64,000 nt of DNA from positions 52,700,001 to 52,764,000 of the forward strand of contig OX597822.1 of the NCBI GenBank assembly GCA_951406725.2, written 5' to 3'. Both the position numbers and the translations under genes were made by a program. Within the stretch, counting starts at the first letter, position 1. Each line of letters starts with the position of its first letter. Shown in pieces: positions 51,130 through 62,699 of the stretch. The notes below the pieces were generated by a model. It searched no databases. It saw only the letters and a program-made list of their open reading frames with translations, and was not told the origin of the DNA. The DNA is from Octopus vulgaris. Its lineage: Eukaryota.

Positions 51130-52388
51130 ATGCAAAGAAAAAGAGTTGTTGAGAGTCTTATATACGTGCAAAAGTTCGTAGACAATGCAGGATCTGTACG
51201 TCGGAACGAGACGAAAAGCGTGTGTGTGCCGAAGATGTTGCAAGTGCGGACTTCCGTATTTTCTTCCGGGTAATTTCTCGGCAGCTAACTATCGAAATGT
51301 TGCGCTTACGGGTTTTGATGGCGAGCGAAATCTTTGTGCGTCGGCAGGGTTGCAGTGTTATGAAGTGCATCACAGTGTGGATCACAGAGCTTTCTGTAGC
51401 AGGTCGAACGACGGTGCATCAGTAGACAGTGGTTCTCTGTAGACGGGTTCACCAAATGTATGTGACGACTGTTCAAGCGGAGGCGTAAGCGAAGGCTGCA
51501 ATACTTTTTTAGCATCGGAGTCAGCAAAATGCAGCGGAATGTAACATCAGAAGGCTGCGTGTTCGAATCAAGTCGGGGGTCACCATTTGTAACGGTAAGG
51601 GTCGCTAATTGTGACGGTAATGTTTTTAGTTGAAGTCGAGGGTCACCAACTGTAAAATGCATTGTTACGGTGGAGTCAGCGGTCACCTGTGTAACGGTTT
51701 TTATTATGATATATATTGGAGTCGGCATTTACCGATTGTAACGGGTGTTGTTGCAAATGTGCAAGATGAACGAAGAACAGGGATGAAGTTGTACAGAAAT
51801 ATTTATTTACCGTTACTTAATATAATGCCGTGCCTCGATGGGAAGGTGTGATGTAATTGAAAGAGCATGCGAGGTTAAGAAAGTTAATTTTGGCCTGTAT
51901 GTGTGTACACGTTCTTATTGTAATAGTTATAGAATGATATTTTAAGAGAAAAGAAATTGAGCGAGTGAAAGTTATAAAGTCGAGGGAAGTTGTGTCTCAT
52001 ATTTGGCTAACTGTAACCTTCTTTCTCCCTCTCACCGTGTCTTTAGTGGCTGTTTGCTTGTGGCCGTGACTCTAGTTGTATCGGTTCACTAACATTTGCT
52101 TGGGAATCTTCTATATATGTAACTATCGCAAGATAGCGAGAAAGAGAGACATATTGTTGAGAACAATGGATTTCGTTGTGGGTTTGTTATCTCATTTCTA
52201 GCTTTTGCTAATATAGAAGAGGTTAGCAGGGTCAAGTGGCAAAGACAATCGGCTTAGCAAAGCCATATGCTAAATGTAATTTGCTGTCAGCCATTGTTTT
52301 CTCTGTGGGAAAAGTGTTGTTGAACTGCTTAGTGAAATTTGGTGATCGAGGATCGAATCCACGCTATGCCTGCATGGAGTTCACTACA
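51130..52388 (-). mobile_element. Gypsy-type element 5' end: LTR (52388 to ~51530) with att/PBS array, PBS (51526-51514), decayed gag-like remnant
   Basis: TGTAGTG start, AATAAA, repeated CCGTTACA-nn-TGGTGACC; STDAPSFDLLQKAL resembles small-gag PYD.LK.AL; homologous to 19187-20198. Confidence 0.75.
51546..51585 (+). pseudogene. Reverse-transcribed 3' half of tRNA-Trp including CCA
   Basis: ATCAGAAGGCTGCGTGTTCGAATCAAGTCGGGGGTCACCA versus recalled metazoan tRNA-Trp ...CCAG-ATCAGAAGGCTGCGTGTTCGAATCACGTCGGGGTCA+CCA. Confidence 0.85.
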
Positions 52389-53267
52389 AAATCACAAACA
52401 TAAGCATGTAGTAACTCTGTGAAGTGAGCAGTTCTGAGGTTAGAATTAACTTGCTGCCTTCTGATATTGAAGAAAATGGCATCGAGCCAGAAGTTAATCG
52501 TAACACACGCTTCGTGTTTAATCTTCCTGTGTAACAGCGAGGTCTCAAGGATGGAAAAATATCAAAAAGTACAAGAGATAGCACATAGATCTCTGTCCTT
52601 GAACATACAGTGTGTACTAAACATATTATGCAGCAAATTTGCAGTGCTCAGGTAAATAATGTGTTGTAAAAAGACTTAGCAAGAAGGTAAGTAAGCCTAG
52701 TGTGTAGTAAATAGATATATTATGTCCTAAATATTTACACTGTGTGGTAAATAGATACAATGCGTAGAAAACAGACAATGTATTGTTAATAAAAAACTGC
52801 GTATAGTAAATATACATATTGGGTTGTAAATAGACACACAGTATAGTAAATATAGACATAGGGTATAAATTAACATGGTGTGTAGCAAATTAATACATCC
52901 CCACAAAAGAATATTGTCCCGTTCTTTTAATACGAATAATGTTTTCGAGATTCAGCCGAAGCATTTCCATTAACATACATCCACACATCCTGATGTTCTT
53001 TTGCACACAAACACACATACTCACTCACACACTCACTCACTCACACACACTAATACACATACTCCTACGCACAAACTGATATCTATGCATCTTACATTTG
53101 CATAGTCATCCACGTACCTAACACACACGCACACACAGACACACGCACGTACTAATACGCACACACAAATACACACACTCGCTCAGATATGCACTCTCAG
53201 ACACATACAAACACAGGTACTATTGTATTAATGCAAACGTACACGCATGAACTAACACAGAAACTCT

Positions 53268-53337
<70 letters not shown>

Positions 53338-54190
53338 TCCACAAAGATATGTACAATTCTCATACATTTAGGAAGCAGAGAAGGAATGGTCATGCGGTTT
53401 TAAGATACACTTCATAATGATGTGGTACCGTGTTCGCTCTTACTTTGCCGCTGCGTGCACTTGTGTTGATCCAAGCGTGAAACTAAATAAAAATAAGCTG
53501 TGCACAGCCTGTCACACTGACTGCACTTTGTTGCTGGTTGGATAGACTTAATCCCTCGCCAGCATAACACACTTCGTTAGTTTTAGCTGAGTCCGCCTTG
53601 TTGTTGGCATTTGGATGAGACCTATGGTCCTAAGTTAAATCAATTTCGTATTTTCTATCTTTTTTTCGTATATCATTCATAGAAGTCATATGGACTGTTA
53701 CGGACACTGTCAATTCATGCTCTAATTAAGTCATAAAAAATCCCTGATGCATGCATTCTTCTACAAACACCTCCATATATATGCAAAGACACTCACGATG
53801 CATACATAAGAAGGTGAATTTTTGTAGTTCATCGTTCGTTGTTTAAAACGCAACTAAAATTTCTTTGGTTATGTGAACGGAAATCGAACATGCTTTCTCC
53901 ATTTGTCCGTCTGTTTCACTCTCCTTCTCTTCGTACTAACTCAAAGGATTAAAGAATCGGTCGTTTCCACTCTTGTTTTAGCGTGTTTTAATATAAGATG
54001 CGTTTCAGCTGAACGAGTTATCGATTTGTCATATCTCTATTCCGCCACGTTACTAACCACGTACATTGATTCCATTTGTTTTATCTCAGTAGCAGTCTCA
54101 TATCACAACACGTATCATCAAAAAGACGTGTGTCTATTTCTGTGTGTGTGTATTTCTGTGTGTGCGCGTGTAGAGAAGGCGAGAGCTCAC

Positions 54191-54241
54191 CGTTGACAGA
54201 CGATTTGCAACTGCATCTCTTTCTGCAAGTGATATATTTCC
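54191..54241 (-). CDS. Candidate 51-nt micro-exon
   Basis: ATGCAG|GGAAAT...TCAACG|GTGAGC; frame-preserving; GNISLAERDAVANRLST; no homology recognised. Confidence 0.2.
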
Positions 54242-54451
54242 CTGCATACACACACACACACACACATACACACACGACAACAACAACAATAGCGGCAACA
54301 ACATACTGGGCCATTCTTTATGGGATACAACTGGTGCCAACAGAATTTTCAACTGGAATTACATATTGTTATGAGGCTTTGGAAAGGTTAAACATACAGT
54401 TTATTGAACGGTTTGATACACGAAAACACACAGCCATATAAACAGTAGTAA

Positions 54452-54502
<51 letters not shown>

Positions 54503-54585
54503 TGTGAGTGATTGTGTGGTGTGTATGTATGTATGCGCATGCGTGTATTTATGTATATACATATATATATATATATACTTATACA

Positions 54586-54616
<31 letters not shown>

Positions 54617-54705
54617 ATATGTATGTATGTTTGTATAAGTATATGTATATGCATATATACATATATATATATATGCATATATATTTATATACTCAAAAGA
54701 ATAGG

Positions 54706-54746
<41 letters not shown>

Positions 54747-56427
54747 TACATTTACAGCTTGCAATTGTTGATTAAAAATGCATATGTTCGTATGTATGCA
54801 TGCATGTGTGTGAATGTGAGTGTGTGCATATACGTGTGCATGTATGTATGAATGTATGCATGTTTGTGTGCTTGCATTCATGTATGCATGCATGTAAGTA
54901 TATATATATGTGTGTGTGTGTGTGTATGTGTGTGTGTATGTGTGTGTGTGTATACACACATACACACGTTTGAATATGTCTGTGTGTGTTCATCTATAAA
55001 CGTGCTGCCTATACGTAAGCATGTTGCGTATGAATATGTGTATGTCGATGTATGTGAGTATTCGTACGTGCAATTGTGTATGTGTGTACACACGCACATG
55101 CGGTAACACCGAAATCGCCGTAATGTATAAATACGCAAGCGCAACGCCATTTATAGCAAATAAAAGTAAATAAACGCACGATGCACGTAAGTGCAAAATT
55201 CTAAATTAATGAGTGCAACATGATGCAGCAACATGGTGGATGTACTTTCGACTTTGATAAAAAAAAATCTTTGAATCGCTTCTTCAACGCCCATGTCCTG
55301 CTATCTACTCACCTGATGCATGGACAACATCCATTTATGAGACTTAAAACGCATATACACTCAATCTGAAACACTAGCATACAAATACACAATACTATGA
55401 GCACATCCCTAGATTTATATTTGCCTATATATACACAGAAATACGCACATACGTGCACGTTTTAACTCATCTTCTTCACTCTAAAAGCTTTCCCAACAGT
55501 AATAATATTCTTCTAACATACATGTAATTACATTACCCCAAATAACTGCCCCTTTCATGTTTATTTCCCGTCAAAGGTTTTATTATTTTGAATGGGAAAT
55601 AACAGTGCACACAGATTCATGAGGAATTGACTGAATATTCTGTCAAGGCTCGTTTTTATGAATATATTAATTCACTGAAGAGAGTGAAGAAAACTTTCCA
55701 AGAGTAATTGGTTTTCAAAAGAAAACAAGCCCAGCAGTGTTTGAAATCAGAGGCAACCCTTTGAATATACTTCCCCATATGTACACATCAATTTTCATTC
55801 GAATCTGTGTCGTAAATTAATCCGAATGGGAAAATTATTCATTTTCTTTTCTTTCAAGCTTTCACTGAAACCACATAACGGGCTACTGTATGCTTTAAAT
55901 TTCTTCCTTTCAAATATCCGGGAGCTATCTCTAACACAAACAGCTGTGTTTAGTATTAAGTCCATAAACTAATTTAACTTAAAAACAATACCACGTCACG
56001 GCTGTCACGTTCACTCCCCCCCCTCCATCAATCACCAACACTTACCTTCACCCATCCATTACAGGCTTTCAACAACGAATAAGGCAGAAGGGCCTTTGCT
56101 GGAAACAGCTGTGAAACCTCCCTGAAATGGGACCATAACGCTTTAAACATTAATGAAGAGCATTGTGCATCTGAGAAAATTTTTTTTTTAAATTCTGCAT
56201 TGAAAAACTAATTTGGTGGGAAAACAGCAACAACAACAACAACAGCAGCAACAGCAACAACAACAACAACAACAACAACAACCGCTATTATTTTATTCTG
56301 ACCTACTTACTACCACCTCACAAATTAAGCACATGTCGTCGTCATCATTAGTGATGCCCCCCCCACTATTACACCCCTCCCCGCAACTACTAGTACCGCC
56401 AACACCAATATTTCCAAAACAACAAAA

Positions 56428-56832
56428 CCTATTTCTTTACCGCCCACAAGGAGCTACACACAGAGGGGACAAACAAGGACAGACAAACGGATTAAGTCGA
56501 TTAGATCGACCCCAGTGCGTAACTGGTACTTATTTAATCGACCCCGAAAGGATGAAAGGTAAAGTCGACCTCAGCGGAATTTGAATTCAGAACGTAGCGA
56601 CAGACGAAATACCTATTGCTTTACTACCCACAAGGGGTTAAACACAGAGAGGACAAACAAGGACAGACAAACGGACTGAATCGATTACATGGACCCCAGT
56701 GCGTAACTGGTACTTATTTAATCGACCCCGAAAGGATGAAAGGTAAAGTCGACCTCGGCGGAATTTGAACTCAGAACGTAACGGCAGACGAAATACCGCT
56801 AAGCATTTCGCCCGGCGCGCTAACGTTTCTAC
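56428..56832 (-). mobile_element. Tandem SINE B dimer
   Basis: Second copy joined at GACGAAATAC|CTATT inside the first. Confidence 0.9.
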
Positions 56833-57154
56833 AAACATTCGACACTTGTTCGACCAGCAACATCGTCGTTGTGGTCATCATCATCATCATCATCATTATC
56901 CTCATCATCATCATCATCATCATCATCCTCATCCTCATCGTGGTCACTCGATCTACCAAAAGTAGGAATCGAACCCACCCTCTGTCTTTCTCTCCCATTG
57001 TTTCACTTTCCCTCCCTTTAACAACATTCACGAATCGCAAGCGAAGTGAAAAAAAAAAAAAAAATGGAGAGTGAGAGTCAGAAATGGAATGCTTTTGATC
57101 ATAGATCTGCTCCTTTAGGTTTGAAACGGGACTAAACGATAACAATAGCTACAT

Positions 57155-57185
<31 letters not shown>

Positions 57186-57593
57186 AGCAGCAGTAGAAAT
57201 AACAACAGTTATTAACAACGTCAGCAATAATAGAAGAGTGGTGGTAACGTATTATGAATAGCCCGAGGGCGTGTGTACAAGTTTGCAAAGCCAACTGAAG
57301 TGTTATTGAAAAGCAGACGCTGTCACCTAATGTGTACGTTCAGACACTGCCAAGGGAGAGAGAGAGAGAGTCTAATTTGTACCTATTGTAATAATGTATT
57401 TACAGTGACACCAGTCCCTCTACAGTTCTGTTACATCTCCATTGTAAACTCTGAGAGAATGTAAACTGTCGGACGGTGTGATGAAGCAAGCGGGCAGAAA
57501 GACGGAATTGTCTTTTGCGGACAATGACACACGCCTACGCACATGCATGTACACAGGCAAAAACGGATACGTTTGTCTAAACTGACAGATACT

Positions 57594-57633
<40 letters not shown>

Positions 57634-57761
57634 TATATTAAATTAGAGATAAAACCACTATTAGGCAAATCATACAATGAAAAACTTAAGCCAATACATA
57701 AGATTAATTAATTTATATTATTTAAAATATATATCAAAATTATTAAAAAGATAATGAGTAT

Positions 57762-57817
<56 letters not shown>

Positions 57818-57869
57818 AGAGAGAGAGAGAGAGAGATATATATATTTCTTATATTTTATATATTAAATA

Positions 57870-57900
<31 letters not shown>

Positions 57901-57984
57901 TCTCTCCCCTCTCTCTCTATATATATATATATATATATTTCTCTCTCTCTCTCTCTCTCTCTTTTTATATATATATATATTCCT

Positions 57985-58370
57985 TTATTTGTTTCAGTCA
58001 TTTGACTGTGGCTATGCTGGAGCACCGCCTTTAGTCGATCGAGCAAATCGACGCCGGGACTTATTCTCTGTAAGCCTAGTATTTATTCTATCGGTCTCTT
58101 TTGCCGAACCGCTAAGTTACGGGGGACGTGAACACACCAGCATCGGTTGTCATGCGATGTTGGGTGGACAAACACAGACACACAAACATATACACACGCA
58201 TACATATACATATATACGACGGGCTTCTTTCACTTTCCGTCTACCAAATCCACTCACAAGGCATTGGTCGGCCCGAGACTATAGTAGAAGACACTTGCCC
58301 GAGGTGCCGCGTAGTGGGACTGAACCCTGAACCATGTGGTTGCTAAGCAAACTACTTACCACACAGCCAG
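57985..58370 (-). mobile_element. SINE family A
   Basis: Near-consensus copy. Confidence 0.9.
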
Positions 58371-58611
58371 TTTACTCTGTTATAAGCACATTTGCATTTC
58401 ACAAAGTATTTTGTCTGAAGTTCGTCATTCACCAACCTTATCTGTCAAGAAAGAAACATATTGTTTACAAAATAAAAAACAAAAATCCCCCAAACCCTGG
58501 TGAGTAACACTTTCGGTATGCAAATTAGGGACCCCTTCATAGAGAAACTGCTGCATTTGATGAGTACATAAACAATTTGGCTGCTTGTTTCTCTGGGGTC
58601 TGTCAGAATGA

Positions 58612-58670
58612 AGTAGACGCCTCTGATGAGAACCCAATAAGGTTCGAAAATCGATTAAGATCGTTCATCA
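58612..58670 (+). ncRNA. Minimal type I hammerhead ribozyme
   Basis: CT-CTGATGA-GAACC caataa GGTTC-GAAA-ATCGAT-TA|AG; perfect 5-bp stem II, palindromic stem III AATCGATT, UUA cleavage site. Confidence 0.8.
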
Positions 58671-58952
58671 TTTTTTTCAGTCTGCAGAGAAATGGCTAAA
58701 ATTTGCCCTGTTTATAATTATACCATATGTAAAACACACACACGCGCATTATTACGGCCTGGTGACCATAACCCTAATTTACACCATCAACAATTATGGG
58801 GTGAACCCAAAACAACAACACATTATTAACAATTAAGTGTCAGCATACACAAAACACCCTACATACAAAACAAATATATACCAACAAAATATATTAATGC
58901 TATACTAGACGTGCAGTCAAAATATTTACAAAGGTAAAAAATATATATAGAT

Positions 58953-59130
58953 CAGAAATTCGGACTCAGAAACCGGGCTTCACCAACTTGATTTCGTAAC
59001 TCTGGATTCACAAATTTGGTTTCACCCAAAATTGGCCTCACAAAACCTGGCCTCACAAATTTGGTATTCAAAAAATATGGATTCATAAAATTTGGATTCA
59101 TAAAATCTGGCTTCACAAATTCGGTTTTCG
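58953..59130. repeat. Degenerate ~15-bp tandem array (consensus ~TCACAAAATYTGGMT, about 12 units)
   Basis: Directly visible. Confidence 0.75.
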
Positions 59131-59312
59131 AACCTTAGATCTAAACATAAATAAATCTAATGTCAAAGCAACCACTTAAACTTAAAAGTTCATTATACAA
59201 AACGACTGCCAGACTACATCAATAATTATAGTTAAAAAATTAAATAGTGAAACAAAAAATATAGTTTGCTTTAAATTCAAACAAAACTGCTTCATACAAA
59301 CATGCTGACGAA

Positions 59313-60203
59313 ATTTTGACAATGGACTTCATCTTGACCTTACAGTGCAGCATAAAGAACTGTGTTTACCTGTTTAACTTAACATTATACGATAAAACGT
59401 TTTTATCGTTTTTATAATTTCCTAACATATATATCTTTATATTTTACGCTATATTTTGACATTTATAGGCATTTTTCTGGACCACGTTCAATATTCGCGG
59501 TTTTTCACTATTTGCGGGTGCTCTAGGAACGAAATTTACAGTTAGTTGTCTAATACAAAAAATTGGCTACATGAAAAATTAAATTCATACACCCTCTAGC
59601 TATTTATACAAATTTTGCATCATTTATCTTAACAGAAAATAGCTAGCAAAATTACTTCACAGCCTGCCACAAATGCTGGGTTCAAAATTCACATAAATAT
59701 TAGAATAACATAACTTAAGAGATTTTTGTACTCACTCAGATGTGACACAGAAATTATTTTAAAACCGACAAGCAAATAGTTCTGGTGAATTCCTGGAGCA
59801 TAAAATAATTCCATAAATGCCTAACACAAAGCACAAAGTGCATAAACTAAACAAGCAATCACAGCTTCTAGAATCCAATTGAACCTTTTCTCACAGAAAT
59901 AAAAAACAACCTTAACTGTCACAAAAACAACTAGTTTGGCTAATAACACCTAGCTTCATCCATTTTGACAATGGACTTCATCTTGACCTTACAGTGCAGC
60001 ATAAAGAACTGTGTTTACCTGTTTAACTTAACACTACGATAAAACGTTTTTATCGTTTTTATAATTTCCTAACATATATATCTTTATATTTTACGCTATA
60101 TTTTGACATTTATAGGCATTTTTCTGAACCACGTTCAATATTCGCGGTTTTTCACTATTTGCGGGTGCTCTAGGAACGTTACTCCCGCGAATACCGGGGA
60201 CTA

Positions 60204-60206
<3 letters not shown>
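59313..60206. mobile_element. pogo/Tigger-like end with a ~218-bp internal direct duplication
   Basis: 59313-59531 repeated at 59962-60178; terminus CCCGCGAATACCGGGGACTACTG-TA. Confidence 0.7.
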
Positions 60207-60246
<40 letters not shown>

Positions 60247-60249
<3 letters not shown>

Positions 60250-61880
60250 TGGCGGCCAAAATGTTCAGAACGACATTGTTTTCGTCAGAAAAGTAGATAT
60301 AATTTTTTTTCAAGTTGTTTTATATTCTATAATTTTCACAGACAATAAATACAATATTAATTGTTATTGTCTGAGATTTTGGTGTAATTTGAGAGGATAA
60401 TACAAAAGTTATGGATGATTTAGGGATTTACTGCAAAACCCATGGCGACCAAAATGATCAGAACGGTTGAAAAAATAACAAAATAATCAAAAATGACAGA
60501 GAATACTGGAATTATTTAATATTTGGTGTGAAGCCCTTTAGCTTCAATCACACTCTGACATCTTCGACTGCATGAGGAAATTAAATTTTCAATTTCTCGC
60601 TGGGTGATCTTATTCCATTCTTCCTGAAGGGCATTCTATAATTGCTCAGTTGTTTTAAGATTTCTGGCTTTCGAACGTTCTCCTAGAATATTCCATACAT
60701 TTTCAATAGGATTGAGATCTGGGCTTTGAGCAGGCCAATCCATAACAATAACCTTTTCAGCTTTGAGGAAGTTCATGACCACCTTAGCCTTGTGACATGG
60801 GGCATTGTCCTGCATGAATATGGGTGGTCGCTTAGTCGAATTTCTCAGCACAGGCAAGACATGATCTTTTACAAGTTGTTTATAAACTCCTGCATTTAAC
60901 TTTCCATGTAATCGTACCAAAGGGCCCACACCATCTCCAGATATCATTCCCCAAATCATGACACTTCCTCTACCGAATTTAACACTAGTCTTAAGGCATT
61001 TAGGCGACAATTTTTCACCTACTTTTCTACGAACGTACCTTTTCCCATCTGAGCCAAATAACATCTGAGCCAAACTTAGATTCATCACTGAAATGCACTG
61101 TTTGCCATTTTTCTTGAGACCACAACACATGTTCGGTTGCAAAGGTAAGACGACACTTTTTATTCTTGGAGCTGATCAGTGGCTTCACTGCAGGTGCTCT
61201 TGCTTGTAGGTCATGTTCAACTAAACGACGAGACACAGTTTTTCGAGATAAAGTTTTTTCAATACAATGCTCATTTTCCGAGAAACAGCAACAGCAGTTT
61301 TAAATCTGTCCTTTTTAACCAACTTTACCATAGCACGATCTTCTCTCTTGGTCGTTTTTCTTGGCCTACCTGTAAACTTTCTTGCTTCACACGAACCACA
61401 ATCATCGTAGACCTTAAGAATACCGTGTACAACACTTTTTGACTTGTTAACAATCTTTGCAATAGATCCAATACTTAAATTATCCTTCTTTCGAAGCTTA
61501 ATAATCTGCTGACGAATTGGTAACGGAGTAAGTGGCATTATATTAACAAAGTACACTGCAAATATTCTTACTAATGTTTAGTAAACGAACCGTCACGTAA
61601 ACAAATTTAAAACATTAGAGTTCGCCGGTAAAATATACTAAAACACGGAGTAAAAGCAACCGTTCTGATCATTTTGGCCGCCATGGGTTTTGCAGTAAAT
61701 CCCTAAATCATCCATAACTTTTGTATTATCCTCTGAAATTACATCAAAATCTCAGGCAATAACAAATAATATTGTGTTTATTGTCTGTGAAAATTATAGA
61801 ATATAAAACAACTTTGATAAAAAATTATATCTACTTTTCTGACGAAAACAATGCCGTTCTGAACATTTTGGCTGCCACCG
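60247..61880 (-). mobile_element. Full-length Tc1-family transposon with IR/DR-type TIRs
   Basis: ~220-bp TIRs beginning CAGTGGCGGCCAAAATGTTCAGAACG, each with an inner direct repeat; inserted in (TA)n. Confidence 0.95.
60516..61538 (-). pseudogene. Tc1 DD34E transposase, disrupted
   Basis: GRPRKTT, FSDESKF, FMQDNAPCH, WPAQSPDLNPIE (34 aa between D and E), HTKY-stop; frameshifts near 61255 and 61060, stop at 60636. Confidence 0.95.
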
Positions 61881-61947
61881 TTTATATCAGAAAATAACTT
61901 AAATCCGGAGAAGCAAAACTCTAAGAATTAGAGCAGTCTATATATTT

Positions 61948-62411
61948 TTTCCTGGTGAAGTCCGGTTTATGGGGTTACCCTGGCTCTCCTGTCCATAAAG
62001 GGTTTAACTTTACGGCGTATCGTCAGATCCCAAAACTCGTTGGCATAAGGCCTCTTTAAAATATAGAGGGGAAAAGCGGGCCATGTTTGCATTTTAGGAG
62101 ATTTTTGGTGGCATTTTGGGGACTGCAAGATGGCGGCACACCCGAGAGTTGATAGCTAATTGGAGAGGAAGATAATCCGCTATTGTTTACCCTCGTAGCT
62201 GAATGATAGCGGTACGATCGGAAGTCGATAGCCCTTAGCAAAGGGAGATAATCTCCTTGCTTACATTTGTCTTTGTATCGAGACTTTTCCCCTCCATATT
62301 TGAAAGCGGTGTTAGGCCAACAGCGCTTGGGGTCTGATGATACGCCATAAAATTAAACCCTTTATGGACGAGAAACTCAGTGTAACCCCATAAATCGGCC
62401 TTCACCAGGAA

Positions 62412-62412
<1 letters not shown>
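61948..62412. mobile_element. MITE-like element with ~100-bp imperfect TIRs
   Basis: TTTCCTGGTGAAG.CCG.TTTATGGGGTTAC...GTCCATAAAGGGTTTAA mirrored at 62315-62412; TA-rich flanks. Confidence 0.7.
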
Positions 62413-62444
<32 letters not shown>

Positions 62445-62552
62445 CATATGTATATATATGCATACACATATGTATATATATGCTTACACATATGTATATA
62501 TATGCATACACATATATATAATATGCATATATACACGGGTATATATATATAT

Positions 62553-62587
<35 letters not shown>

Positions 62588-62598
62588 GTATTCTATTC

Positions 62599-62628
62599 TA
62601 TGTATGTATGTATGTATGTATGTATGTA

Positions 62629-62699
<71 letters not shown>

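Noticed and set aside
51514-51745. CRISPR array
   Set aside because: Repeat-spacer appearance, but eukaryotic context, irregular spacing and no cas genes; the repeats are LTR-end/PBS motifs
56213-56584. PolyQ/proline-rich 123-aa ORF
   Set aside because: (CAA/CAG)n tract running into a SINE; TTG start; no splice or homology support
57745-57980. Palindromic (CT)n-(TA)n-(GA)n cluster as a structured element
   Set aside because: Explained by adjacent simple repeats and slippage
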